In this document: positions 29,603 to 43,379 of the stretch, piece after piece
Position numbering within the stretch: position 1 is the stretch's first letter
Layout of the letters: each line of letters opens with the position of its first letter
From: the human T2T-CHM13v2.0 reference genome, Homo sapiens
Reading direction: 5' to 3' (one strand)
Assembly: GCF_009914755.1 (NCBI RefSeq)
Contig: NC_060930.1
Length of the DNA stretch: 64,000 nt
Notes under the pieces: model-generated
Told to the model about the DNA's origin: nothing
Seen by the model: only the letters and a program-made list of their open reading frames with translations
The model's database searches: none
Made by a program: the position numbers and the translations under genes

Positions 29603-30859
29603 AGACTTTCGCATTACTTTCCATATAGTACTTTTATATAATTGATTCTTCATATTGAAGTTATTTATGTGGATTTAAATGTTAAAATTGAATTATGAAT
29701 TTTATTTCTTAGGTTGCGATGTTTTAATGCTTCATTTTTTAATCTGTAAAACGTTTAGGATTTAACACCTAAAGTGAGTTTCATCCTTGTGTTGTTTTGT
29801 TTTAAGTTTCATTATTTCCCTTTAAGGAAAAATGTAGTTTACATTTCGCTTTGGTGGTTACAAAGCACAAAGCATGCCTCTAAACCGTAAGTAAATTAAC
29901 AGTAAGAAATCCAAGAAAACCCAGCAAGGATGGTAAAGGCATTGCAAAAGTGTAGGGAAAGTCAGTGTAACGACACCATGATGGCCATTTCTAGATGAAA
30001 CATATTTTAGCTCTTTCTTTTTAATTTATTCTCTGCTGAAAAACATAATTTTTAAACTTTGTTCTCCATTTTGCATGTATACAATATTAGATGAATGTAC
30101 AAATATGTTGTTTAAGTATCTTAGAAACTTAAGAATATGGAAAATAAAACCACTTTTGGGGTTGGGGTTTCCTCAAGCCATTCTTATTTACTGAGTCGGT
30201 TGCCTCTGGAAACTTTTAGCTCATGTAACTAAACATCGTTCACTGCCCTGTTCTTTATGCATCTCAGTAAGTTCCACCTGCAGAATGGTGAAATTTTGAA
30301 GTGGAAAGGACCTTGATCATAAATTAGTTCAATCTCTATAGATGGTTAAAAGGCACAATTAGGTAAGTAAGATCTGCCATTTATTAAGGACCCAGTAGGC
30401 ATTTGGTGTTTTGCATGCATTATTTCTCATGTTTATACAAACCCAAAAAGATATTCTCCCCTCTTTTTTAAAAGAAGACATTAAGATGTAGAAAAGTTAT
30501 TTGCCCTAGCAAAAACTAGTGGCACAGATTCAAGTCCAGGTTAGCCTGTCTCCAGTTCATCCTCCTGTTCTCCAGTCCTTGTTGCTTTCTCTTGAAATTA
30601 GATTCTAGATTCTTGGATTCCTCCTCCAAAGCTTTTCCTATCCTAGCACTATCTCCAATATCACAAAAGGATTTGGAAATATATTGCTTCTATATCCCTA
30701 ATATACAATAGGGATCTATTGCATTTCTGAAATAATGTTAGTTCTATTAATTTTTTATTAAATTTAATAGAAATTTCTTTTAAAATTTTTATTAAATCTT
30801 TTTTATTAAAATTTTTTCAGCTCCTTGCTCTTTACTTTAAAACTGTTTTTCCTTTGTCT

Positions 30860-31780
30860 TCCAACACATCAACAAAAGGACTTATCCAGGATGGGTGAAA
30901 AAAATCACACAGCAAAAGAATAAGAAGACAGAACAACCAACAAAGAAGAGAAAAATTTAAACAAATGATTTATGACAGAAGATATATAAATGGAAAATAA
31001 CCACATGAAATCAACAGCATTATTTACCAGGAAAATGCAAATATGAAAGCACAATGATATATCACCTCAAACCAACCACAATGGATAATAGTAAAAAACC
31101 CTGACAATTCTAAGTGTCAGTGTAGTTATAATAAGCAACTAAAATTTTCATTCATTCCTAGTAAGAATGTAAATTAGTGCAAACACTTTGGAAATTATGT
31201 TGGCAGTTTATTACAGAGTGAAAAATACACCTAAAATATGACCCAGCCATGGCATTCCTACATCTTTAATCAACAGAAATGAAAGCAAGATCCATCCAAA
31301 GATGTGTATAGAAATACCCACATCAGCTTTGTTGATATGAGTTAAATTGGAAGCAGCCCAATGCCCATCAACAGTTGAATGGATAAATAAATTGTGTTGG
31401 AGTAAAAGAATGGAATACTAGTCAAAAGGATGAACAATATATTGATACATAGAACAACCTCAATACTTTTGGAAATCATCATAACGACCAAAAGAAGCAA
31501 GATGGAAATGAAAAGTAATACTCAAAGAAGGTCAACTCTAATCTGTTGTGACATAAATAGTATCAGTGGTTTCCTGGGCCAAGAGAATAGAATGAGGATT
31601 GACTGTGAAGAGGCAGAGGGGAAATTCTTATTTTTGAGGCAATCGAAATTTTTTCTATCTTAATTGTGTTGGAGGTTACATATACGCATCATTTGTCAAG
31701 ACATGTCAAACTCTGTATTTAAAATGAAAGCATTGTACTGTATGCACATTCTCCCTCAGTAATGTTGATTTAAAAACAAT
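30860..31780 (+). mobile_element. Old L1MC/ME 3' fragment
   Basis: AGAAGATATATAAATGG; GTAAATTAGTGCAAACACTTTGG; TGCCCATCAACAGTTGAATGGATAAATAAATTG. Confidence 0.75.
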
Positions 31781-34406
31781 ATGGGAAGATGAGATAATAA
31801 TGCCTATGTTGCATTACTGTTGTGAGAATTCAAGGAGGTGGCCCTATGTGAAAATACCTACCATCTTGCAACTATTTAGTAACTAGCCACAATGATTACT
31901 CTTGCTCTGTTCTTTCTTTTTCTTGTTAGATGTTGTGTCCATTTCAACGTAGCTAATGATATAATCTTGAATAAGACTTTAGTTACTCCAGTGAGATATG
32001 ACTTACTGTGATCCAGTTCCATCTACATGTGGAAGCTTGGACTTTTCCTTCCAACCCACCACCCACTTGGTTTCAAGATCTCCAGCATCTTCGGAGGGCA
32101 AAGCACACTAATGGCATGAGATGTATAAAAAGATTGAATAACCAGATGGAACTGTGTAAAGTCATTTTATAATATACAAATTGGAGGAAACAATTCTTGA
32201 AATAAATTGAGCCATTGTTACCGACATGGTTGAAATGTTAATTAAATTAATTTGTTAGAGTCAATGGTTCATCCATGAAATTGGCATCTTCCTGTGCCTG
32301 GATGCATGTGTTCTCTAACTTGGTATTCCCTTAACATTTTATTTGCAAATAATTTTGAAGTTTATTAAGCTGTTTGACAAACACTGCATCTTGAAATAAT
32401 CATTTCATTGCCAAATTTTGGATGACTGCTTCTTTCTCATTCTATACATTTGTTTCTCTCAGTTTAGCAACTGACATTGTTCCTCTTCAATAGTCTTTTT
32501 TATGATGTTGACCATGGAATTAGCAGTAATGAAATTGCATAAGCACTGGCAAATTATACTTAAATCATAACATTTTAATATGTGGAAAGATGGATTCTTC
32601 TTTGCATTTTGTTTTCTATTTTCACAAGTTAAACGTTGAATTTAAAAAATGAGAATAGAATTTTGATAGCAGGTCTCATTCAAAAATTTCTGATCTTTCT
32701 ACTTCATGCTTATGTTCTTATCTGGCAGCTAGAACAAATCTATTGAACTTACACAAAGAGATGAAGACTACATAGTCTTTCTTTTTTCTCTGTCAGTAAA
32801 CTGTCAGTGGGCAAAAAGTACTTATGTTATTTTATGGAAGTAATAATTACTGATTTGGTCACTGAAAAATTGACTCAGTCCATCACAAATAGCTAATAGG
32901 AACAGGTATGCTATTTAAGTCATTTGCACTTGTGTGTGTTTGTAAGAACTTACGTATAAAATGTTCCTAGTAGATTTTAAAAATGATATTATTTTAATAT
33001 GAAATTGGCTAGTGAAGTTCTAGAGAATTAATGTTTACATTTTGACAACCAAATTCCTTATGTACTTTACATGTGTTTACTTAAAAGTCTTACAAAATAG
33101 AATTTGCCCTTCTTATGCTTTTTAAATTGAAGGCATGAAAATAATTTGGTCCTTTTCATGGAGATTTGGGATGAATCTGAACGCTTATTCTTGCACTGTG
33201 CTGCACCCACATTCTGCTCTCATTTGCTCTTCACGTTTTCAGATCCCTGTTCCTGTCTCTGCACTTGAATTAACTGTAGAGAGTGAGGCAGTCTCCAAAA
33301 CCTTCCCACCACCCTGTTATTCTGTTGTTTTTCTGTTTCTGTGATTTGAGAAGTCCTGGAACTAAGCTTTATGCTGAGTCTATGTTACACAACTGTGTGT
33401 GGAATGAACTCTCATCAAGACCTCCCGTGAAGGGAGGTGGAGTGCCCCTGGTGGTGGCACGTGGACTCAGTGGTGTGCCAACTCAAGGGTGCCCAGGTAT
33501 TTCCCATCGTTCAGGGCTGGGTCTCTGCTGGAAGAGTTGAAGTGATGGGAAAGCTGGCTTCCAGAAAAAGAGGGAATTGTAATGTCACGCCATCCACATT
33601 CTCCTTGTTTCTTCTAATCGCTTGCAGTCCCAGCTCCATGACAAGGTTTGTGACACCAGCGTTTGCTTTAATGTTGAATAACATGAAATACTTACAATAG
33701 CAAACCTTATGTTATTCTGGCTTACATTACAGTTTCATGTGGCTTTATATTTATTCTTATTTATTTAATTTATTTGATCATAAATTATCAATTGATTTTA
33801 ATATTCTAAATTTCTCTTCCTCCACCCTTCATTAAATAATTAGTGAACAAGTAAAGGATATGGAAATGTAATGGGTGGTTTACTACCTTAGAGATATTTC
33901 TTTACTCTGAGTTCCTCATTTATTTTACCAGTTTGATCTTAACACACTGAGGTTTTTTAAAGGAATATAACTTTAATCCTAAATGCTTTCTGTAATATTA
34001 GGTAGCAGAAATAAAGACCTATGTTTATGTGTGTATGTGTATATGTGTGTGTATCTGTGTGTGTATCTCACACTTGTTTGGCCTTTCCTATATTTGTTTT
34101 AGGGAATTTTCTTTCTTCTGACTTTTATTGCCTTTGCTGACTTCTTCCTTTTCAGGTTAATATAATGTACAAAATGCAGAGTAACCAAGTTCAAGTGTAT
34201 ATAACAATTTATTGCATCATTTAAAAAGTATAATAATCTACAATTGATAAGAAATGAATGGTTTGAGATGATAATAGATTTAGAGTTCTAGCTCACGCCA
34301 ACACTAAAATAACCATATGAGATAAAATAACATTTTCTTTTTCCAGCAAAGCGAAAAAACCTGATTAATCCTACCACTAAAAAAAAAACACTAAAATTAC
34401 TGGAAT

Positions 34407-34540
34407 ACACACACACACACACACACACACACACGTACATATCTATACTGAGATATGTGTATGCACATATATGTATAGAGACGTAAGTGTGTGTATGTAT
34501 GTGCGTGTGTATATAGATATAAGATATAGGTATAGAGAGA
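34407..34540. repeat. (CA)n followed by TA/TG-rich simple repeats
   Basis: About 13 CA units, then TATG/TG runs. Confidence 0.85.
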
Positions 34541-34913
34541 GATTGTAGGGACCAAGAGGGGATACGGGTAGAAGGATTAGAAAGCTGTTATGATGTGGGT
34601 GGGAAGTGATGGACACAAATCAAAATGGAGGCTTTACTGTGAGCACTTAAATGGTTTTCAAAGAATCTACAGAGAAAGGGTGATAAAAGTTCTGTGATGA
34701 AAAAAGAAATTAAGCAAATAATATGATAAATATTTGAATGTATCTAGTCAAACAACATAAATAATGTTTTAGGGGGCCAGAAAAGATAGAACGAATAGAC
34801 CCAAGATTAGCTTGTAATTTGGGAGATGGGATAACGTAAGTTTGTTGAGAAATTTTAGTTCCGGAACCTTGCTAAATAGAATATATGACTTTAAGTACTG
34901 ATGTATTAAATTT

Positions 34914-35527
34914 TGCAGTGGTTGATTTTGAGTGCCAGTCTGACTGGATTAGGGGTGCCCTGATAGCTGGTAAAGCGTTCACTTTCCTCAGCGCATCAGC
35001 AGACTCTGAGCCTATCCTCCTCCCCCTGCAAGGGAAACCCAGGTGAACTGGCCCTGGATTGGAAAGACTGGGCTGCCCCAGGTGTGTCCGTGAGGGTGTT
35101 TCTGGAGACTGGTGTGTGACTTGGGGGACTGAGTGGGGAACATCCTCCCCAGTGTGGGTGGGCACCATCAAATCGAGTGGGAGTCCAGATGGAAGACAAA
35201 GGCAGAGCGAGGCCGCATTTTTGCTCTCTCACTTCTGGGACACCCTTCTTTGCCCTTGCAAACCAGAATTCCAAGCTATCTGGCTTTTGGAATCTGAGAC
35301 TCACACAAGCAGTGGTCAGGCTCTTGAGTCTTCAGACGTGGACTGAGAGTTACATCATTACTTCCTTGGTCCTGAGGCCTTCAGGCTTGGATTGAGCCAG
35401 GAGCCTGGCATTCCTAATTCTTAAGCTTGCAGATAAACCTACAGCCTATTGTTGGTCTCAGCCTTCATAATCAAGGGAGCCAATTCCCACAATAAACCTC
35501 TTCTCTCTGGAGAATTCTGACTAAAAC
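34914..35527 (+). mobile_element. ERVL solo LTR (MLT2B/C-like)
   Basis: GGTTGATTTTGAGTGCCAGTCTGACTGGATTA start; GTGGGTGGGCACCATC; ends TCTCTGGAGAATTCTGACTAA. Confidence 0.82.
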
Positions 35528-35529
35528 CT

Positions 35530-37400
35530 TAAGATCTATAATACAACCACAGAAATAATAAAAATCAGTATAGTACCTCTAAACTATTAGAGAAAAAAGT
35601 AAATTTAAAAACATGAAACAGACAATAAAAGAGAAAAAAGGTATGGGAAATGGGACAAATAAAAATATTAAGTAATACAGAAATAACTCAAATATATCAA
35701 TAATTACAATAAATGCAAATGCATTAAATTTTACATTTAAAAGACAAAGGTTTTGACACTGGATATTTCTAAAAATCCATATGAAATAATCTTAAAATAC
35801 ATGATGTTTTAGACAAATTTAACAGGAAATTGGCCTTCAGATAGAACTATATAAGAAGGAAGTTACTGGGCAGTGCTCTTATGAACAGCATCTGTAAGAG
35901 AATTAGGGAAGCAAGATTGGGCAAAGAAAGAAGTAAAAATGGGATGCAGTTGCAAGTGAGGCATCAGCTCGTCCCACTGGGTTTCTGGACCTGAGATGGA
36001 TCCTCAGAATTGCCCTAACTTGAGAAAGGGGGCTGTGTCTTATACTCTTACATTGCCCAGTTTCAAATAGGGACTGCTTCCTGGATAGGAGTGTGACTTT
36101 GGCAAGCCAATTCTCTTTGTTAGAGGAAAATTTCTTAGGAAAGACTTAGCATAAAGCTGTAATTTTTAAAAAAGAAGACAAAATCAAAGCAGTACCTAGG
36201 AATTAATATACAAAAAATGTGCAAAACTTTTATGCAGGAAATTATTATAGCAAAGTATTGGTATAGGACAAGTAAAATCAACTAATGCAAAACAAGAAAA
36301 ACTTCAGAAACAGACTCAGGGCATTATGGAAGTATTATTTAAGACAAAATTAACTTTGCAGATCAGTGGGGGAAAGGATGGACTTCAACAAATAGCAGTG
36401 AGACACTTGGTTAGCCCTAGGAAAAAATACAGTGAAATTCTATCCTTCCTTTGAACTATACACAATAATTAAGATAATCAAAGTGAAAGACAGAATACAC
36501 TATTAGAACATAATTTGGAATTTATATTTATGGCCTCAGAAAAGGGAATGGCTTATTAAACAGGAGATAAAGAAACAGAGAAAAGATTGATATATGCAAC
36601 TACAATGAAATTCATAACTTCCATTCACTAAAAGACACCATAAAGACAGTGAAATAAACGAGGCACAAAAGGAGATAAAATATTTACCACACATGTAACT
36701 GACATAGATTGGAATCATAATACCTAAATTAGTCCTACAAAAAGCCAAAGACAAGCTCCTACAAAATGGGCATAAAATTTGAATATGAACTTAAAGGCAA
36801 AAATGGATAATCCAATAAACACATGAAAATGTTTGCCAATTGAAATCATAGAAATAAAAACAAAAACCACAGTGAGATACTACTTCACATCCATCAGACT
36901 GCCAAAATGTGCAACATCTGACAATACTTGGAGTTATAAAGGATGTGGAACAAGAAAACACTTGTGTGCTGTGGGTGGGAGAGGAAATCTGCACACTTGA
37001 CTACAGCACAGGGTGGCCGCATCTCCTAACACTCGGAGGACCTGGACTTTGATGTAGCCATTGCACTCCAAGCTGTGGGACCTAGAGAAACTATTGCAGG
37101 CGAGCGTGAGGTGACAGGTACAATATCACAGAAACAGAGTTTGTAAAAATACATAAGTGGAAACAACCAAAATGTGCATGGAGTAGAATGGATGAATCAA
37201 TTCCCGTATATTAGCATAACAAAATACTATCATGCAGTAAAAATTAATGAATTACAGTGACCCAGAGCAACATGAATGAATCTGTGGGATATAATGTTTA
37301 GTCAAAAGCAAATTGCCAACAATTACACTATAATTATGCAGCATAACTCCATTCACATGCAATTTAAAAATATAAAACACCAAGTCATACATTACTAATA
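35530..37400 (+). mobile_element. Old L1M fragments, with a probable LTR16-like piece at about 35830-36150
   Basis: A-rich L1 motifs (AAAACCACAGTGAGATACTACTTCACA; GGAAACAACCAAAATGT). Confidence 0.65.
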
Positions 37401-37708
37401 ATAAGTGGTGCCAATCATAATCCCTAAAGACAAAATCCTGAATGCCATAATCCCAAATGTTGAAATCTTGAAAGATTAAAATTCCTAAAGTCTAAATTCT
37501 AAAAGTCTAAAATCCCTAACATCTAATTGAATCTCCAAATCATAATGACAGATTTGAAATTAGGTGTGATCAAAGCCTTTAAAAGTAAATTTTAAGGGGT
37601 GACCAATAAAGTTTGTTTTTTATGTTCAGTCCAGTGCATTGGGCTGGAAAGCCAGCTGAGTGGATTGGCCACGTGATACGGCAATGAGGAAACTTCACTT
37701 TAAAAATG

Positions 37709-37925
37709 CGTCATTTGCCTGCGTTGGCATTCCTTCCAGCCAGTCATCATTTGCCTGCATTGGCGTTCCTTCCAGCCAGTCGTCATTTGCCTGCATTGGC
37801 ATTCCTTCCAGCCAGTCGTCATTTGCCTGCATTGGCGTTCCTTCCAGCCAGTCGTCATTTGTCTGCATTGGTGTTCCTTCCAGCCAGTCATCATTTGCCT
37901 GCATTGGCGTTCTTTCCAGCCAATG
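37709..37925. repeat. Minisatellite, 36-bp unit x6, inside Ricksha
   Basis: Unit CGTCATTTGCCTGCATTGGCGTTCCTTCCAGCCAGT; 12-aa repeats in the ORF track. Confidence 0.96.
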
Positions 37926-38509
37926 ACACTCCAGGAGCTCTTCATGAATTAAAGCCACATTTGCCTGCAGAAGCCAGTGAAGTTACCAACTGGCTCAAAA
38001 ATAATCATATTCAGGGTAGGGGGAGAGGATGCTTACATAATGATGCTGCTGTTTGATCAATAGTATTGTTTCCACCAAATCTGCGGCCTGTAGATGACTG
38101 CAGGCATCATGGATGTCCAGGTATCCAAAGCAATGTAAAAGCATGGGACAGAAGATGGGAAAATTTAATAGGGGATTTTCATGTCAGTGAACGTCGAATC
38201 ATAGGATTTCAAAAAGAGCAGTGCCACATAGAAAATGAATGTGAACATATTCTCCAAGGAGAGCCATGTCCTAAAAGCAAAAAGCAGCCACTCATTGAGA
38301 TGCAAGACTTCAAAACACAGCTCATGGCCCTGAAAGTCAGCCAGATCTAATGGGTTGTCTCCATGCAATTGCCCATTGCCCATTCCTGTCATATGCTTTT
38401 TCATGTGTCAATTTATTTTTAGTTTTTCCGTTTTTGTTTCTATGTTTAGTTTTCTTTTCCCACTCTCTTTGGTTGTCTGCATTATTTATTAGAATTTACT
38501 ATGTATTGA

Positions 38510-38837
<328 letters not shown>

Positions 38838-39629
38838 TCATTTCTAATACTGGAGGTATAAATTGTGTGAAGACTTCTAATTCATATTATGCCGTTTTTG
38901 CAAATTTGACTCCACAAAACTGCATTCCTGCAACATTGACTTAGTGTACAAGCATCGTGCTGTATGGAAAGGTGTTGAAACTTCCTGAATAAATAAGGAG
39001 ATGTCCTTTGTGTACATCTGCATTTGTGAGAGAGAAACTTTCTGGAGATCTCAGCTCTTTGGGCAGCTGCATGTGAGCTGGTGGTGACCCGTTGCTGTTC
39101 TGATCTCCTCAACACACTTGGGTTGTCCCTCACGGTGTTCCAGATGCCCACAAATGTAGAGCTGGGTGCCCACACAATCACCAACCTCGGCGCTATGCAT
39201 TTACACAGTTCCCTTTTGACCGATTCCTTTATGAACACTCTTTGTCTGTTCATACACCTGCTCATAGCTGTTTTACCTGTGTATAAGCAATAGTGCGTGA
39301 TATAATTTCAAAGGAAGACATTTTGAGTAGTGAATACAAGCAGGTTACAGAGAATACGGTGCAGTGAGATTCCATTTGATATAAAAATGTAAATATATGT
39401 ACGGAAAGGTTGAGAAGGAGAGAAATGAAACAGAAAGGGAGAGAAAGAGAGAAACGGACAGATGAAGACCAGGATAAAGCAGAACCGGAGAGGACTGAAA
39501 ACATAGTTCTATTCCCGGCAGGGTCTCTGGGTGGTGGAATTGAGAAAACAATTGTTTCCGCTAGTTGCTCGTTTTGAAATTAGTAATTCACAGGTTTTTC
39601 TCAGTTATCTCCTATTAAAAGTTTTAATG

Positions 39630-39927
39630 GGGCTGGGTATGGTGGCTCATGCCTATAATCCCAGCACTTTGGGAGGCTGAGGCGGGTGGGTCATTTGAGG
39701 TCAGAAGTTTGAGATCTGTCTGACCAACATGGTGGGACTCCATCTCTACTAAAATACAAAAATTAGCCGGGCATTGTACCTCACGCCTGTAATCCCAGCT
39801 CCTCAGGAAGCTGAGGCAGGAGAATCACTTGAACCCAGGAGACAGAGGTTGCAGTGAGCCAGGATCACACCACTGCACTCCGGCCTGGGCGACCGAGTGA
39901 GAGTGAGACTCCTCAAAAAAAAAAAGA
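39630..39927 (+). mobile_element. AluS
   Basis: Full Alu; TSD AAAAGTTTTAAT. Confidence 0.94.
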
Positions 39928-40145
39928 AAAAGTTTTAATAAGGAATAGAGCATAACAAAGCAGGAGCTAAGTGAGTGAGAACTGTTTCCACTGGAAGCCC
40001 AGCATCGTCAGCAGCAAGTGCCTCTTTAGGAGGCAAAGTTCCAGCCAAAGTCAGGGCCAAAGGTAACAGCAGACCTGGCATACTATGTGATTTTTAAGCT
40101 GTTTGTTGTCTCTCATCTCTCTTTATCCAATAGGAGATACAAGTG

Positions 40146-40299
40146 TTTTTTGTTTGTTTGTTTTTAAATTTTTTTAAAAAGTAGAGATGGAGTTTTGTCA
40201 TGTTGCTCAGTCTGGTCTTGAAATCCTGGACTTAAGTGATCATCCTGTCTCAGCCTCCAAAAGTGCTGAGATTACAGGCGTGAGACACTGCGTCTGGCC
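40146..40299 (-). mobile_element. FLAM / Alu left monomer
   Basis: Single arm with T-rich tail; TSD-like AGA(T/A)ACAAGTG. Confidence 0.8.
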
Positions 40300-40857
40300 C
40301 CAGAAACAAGTGCTGGGCACAGTGGAATGGCACGCCAAGGTGTGGAGGCCGGAGGTCAGTATCCATCTGCACAGGTTTAGGGGAAAGTTGCCCAACACAC
40401 TAAAGGCCACTGCACAAGACAACTGTCTCTTTATGGTCCCAGCAACTTTATGGCTCCAGCTGACCTGCATGGCCATGTGTCATGTTACACATTACGGCTG
40501 GCATGACCCCTCCACAGCCATGTTTAGTCAGGACTGGAGAGCATGGATTCCCTCCAGCACCCAGTTGAGTCTTGTTTGTATCAACACAGATGTGCATGCT
40601 GGAGACAGCCCCTACTTTCTTAACAGTCCCAGCAGCTGGGCACAGATCCAGACATCAGCACTGCTGGGAACGGCAGGCCAAGCCGGGCACGCAGTAGGGC
40701 CTGTGCCTTGCTCTGGGTGTCCTGTCGTGCGGTGGAGGGTAGCCTCCAGGCAGATCGCCATCCTTGGCACGACCACTGCAGGTCATTTCACACTGGGGCC
40801 CCTGTGGTCTTGCATTTCCTCTCCCATCTTTGAGCACATTATAAAAAGTTCTTTGTT

Positions 40858-41195
<338 letters not shown>

Positions 41196-41905
41196 CTATT
41201 GAATAGAGTGTGCTTAGGATGAAAATGACAGAGAATGCGATTTTCATTTCTTGATCCGTCAATATTTTACTATGTGTCTGGGATGAAGCACTAATTACCT
41301 TAAACCTGTAATTAACTTGTCAAATGTCTTTCCTCCAAGAATCCTGCAAAGGTCTTAAAGGTCTTAAAGGGTGAGTAAGTAATAGTCTGTGATATAATTT
41401 AAAAGGAAGGCCACAAACCACTTTTTCTGTTTTTCTTTGATTTCATGGAATAGTCTTCATTCTTTTCTCCTGTCCTCCTATTTGGATACATGTGGCTGCC
41501 GTGAGCCTCTAGACGCCCTCCCCCACTTCCAGCACTTGGCTGACGGATTTGCTGGTCTGTGACCCCTGCCAGAGGCCTGAAAATCTTCGCAGTTTATGCA
41601 AAGCCAAGAGAGGCTGCGTGCAAGGCAGCTGAGGGGAGCCCTCCAATACGCCAGCATAGGATTTGGAGCTTTGGAAGGTCAGTGGGGCTAAGTCCTTTTC
41701 AAGCAAGACAAAGCTGAGGAAACACAGGCTCAGGCCCAACGTCCACAAGTACACATTGCTCCAGAGAGGAGCTGGAGTTCTGGGACCGGCATTTAGTGGA
41801 GGACACCCCAGAGCCCACGAGGAGGGAACTGGAGGGAGAATTCAGCCAGTGCTAGCCATAACATCACTCAGCCACAGTGAGCCATGGCTGGGCCTGCCCC
41901 TGTGA

Positions 41906-42268
<363 letters not shown>

Positions 42269-42399
42269 TGAAAGAACAGTGGAAACCGGTGTAATAAAAC
42301 TCTTCGGCCACACACTCATTTCATCCCCTCCATCTTCCTACAACTGCCTTGATTTTGTTGATGTCGATCTCAGAGGAATCTGGCCCCACTGACTGTTTT

Positions 42400-42770
42400 A
42401 ATAATGATTCCATTCCCCTTCCTGGTGACTGTCAGTGAGTGGGTGTTGGAAAGTGACTGTATTTGGACAGGGCCTTTGAAGAGGTGATCAAGTTACAACA
42501 AGGCCACGAGGGTGCCTAATCCAGTCTAACGATGTCCTTCTACGAAGAGGAGATTTGGACACACAGAGATACTGGGGATTTGTGTGCCTAGAGGGACGAC
42601 CGCGCGAGGACATAGCCAGCAGCCGCGTCTCAAGACAAAGAGGCGGCCCCTGAGAAACCACCCTGCCTGTACCTCGACCTTCGCCTTCCAACCCCGAGAA
42701 AGACAAGGACATAGATGTCTGTGGTTACTACCCGGGCTCTGGTGTTAGGGCAGCTGAACCGGCTGAGACT
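42400..42770 (+). mobile_element. MaLR LTR (MLT1A-like)
   Basis: GTGACTGTATTTGGACAGGGCCTTTGAAGAGGTGATCAAGTTA...CCTAATCCAGTCT...GAGGAGATTTGGACACA. Confidence 0.75.
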
Positions 42771-42980
42771 AGGGGCCCTGGACCTGGGACCCCGTCCCCA
42801 TCCTCCCTCCCTTGTGGTGACATCTTCTGCATATGCAAAGCGCAGGACCTGGAATGAAGCTGCCGTTTGGGCCACAGGAGATAAGGAATTTCCTTTTGAT
42901 TTCAGCGTGTTTGGGCCAATTTCTTTCTCCTCCTGCCACCTGAAGCTGAAGCGTCCTGTTAGTATCATCACTAACAGGAT

Positions 42981-43268
42981 ATGCCTGTAATCTCAGCACT
43001 TTAGGAGGCCAAGGTGGGCAGATCACATGAGGTCAGGAGTTTGAGACCAGCCTGGTCAACATAGCGAAACCCCATCTCTACAAACAATATAAAAATTAGC
43101 CGGGCGTGGTGGCAGGTGCCTGTAATCCCAGCTACTCGAGAGGCTGAGGTGGGAGAATCGGTTGAACCTGGAGGCAGAGATTGCAGTGAGCCGAGATGGC
43201 ACCATTGCACTCCAGCTTGGGCAAGAGAGGGCGACTCTGTCTCAAAAAACAAAGCAAAACGAAAGAAA
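42981..43268 (+). mobile_element. AluS, slightly 5'-truncated (right member of head-to-head pair)
   Basis: Alu from ATGCCTGTAATC; TSD-like AACAGGA on both sides. Confidence 0.95.
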
Positions 43269-43379
43269 CAGGACGTCCTGTTTCTGTGTTTAGTATAGTA
43301 TCTGTGTTAGTATCCACTCTTGCTGTGCCCCCGCTGGCCGGCCTGTCCTGGTCAAACCCTGGCCCTGGGCCTGATGCTC

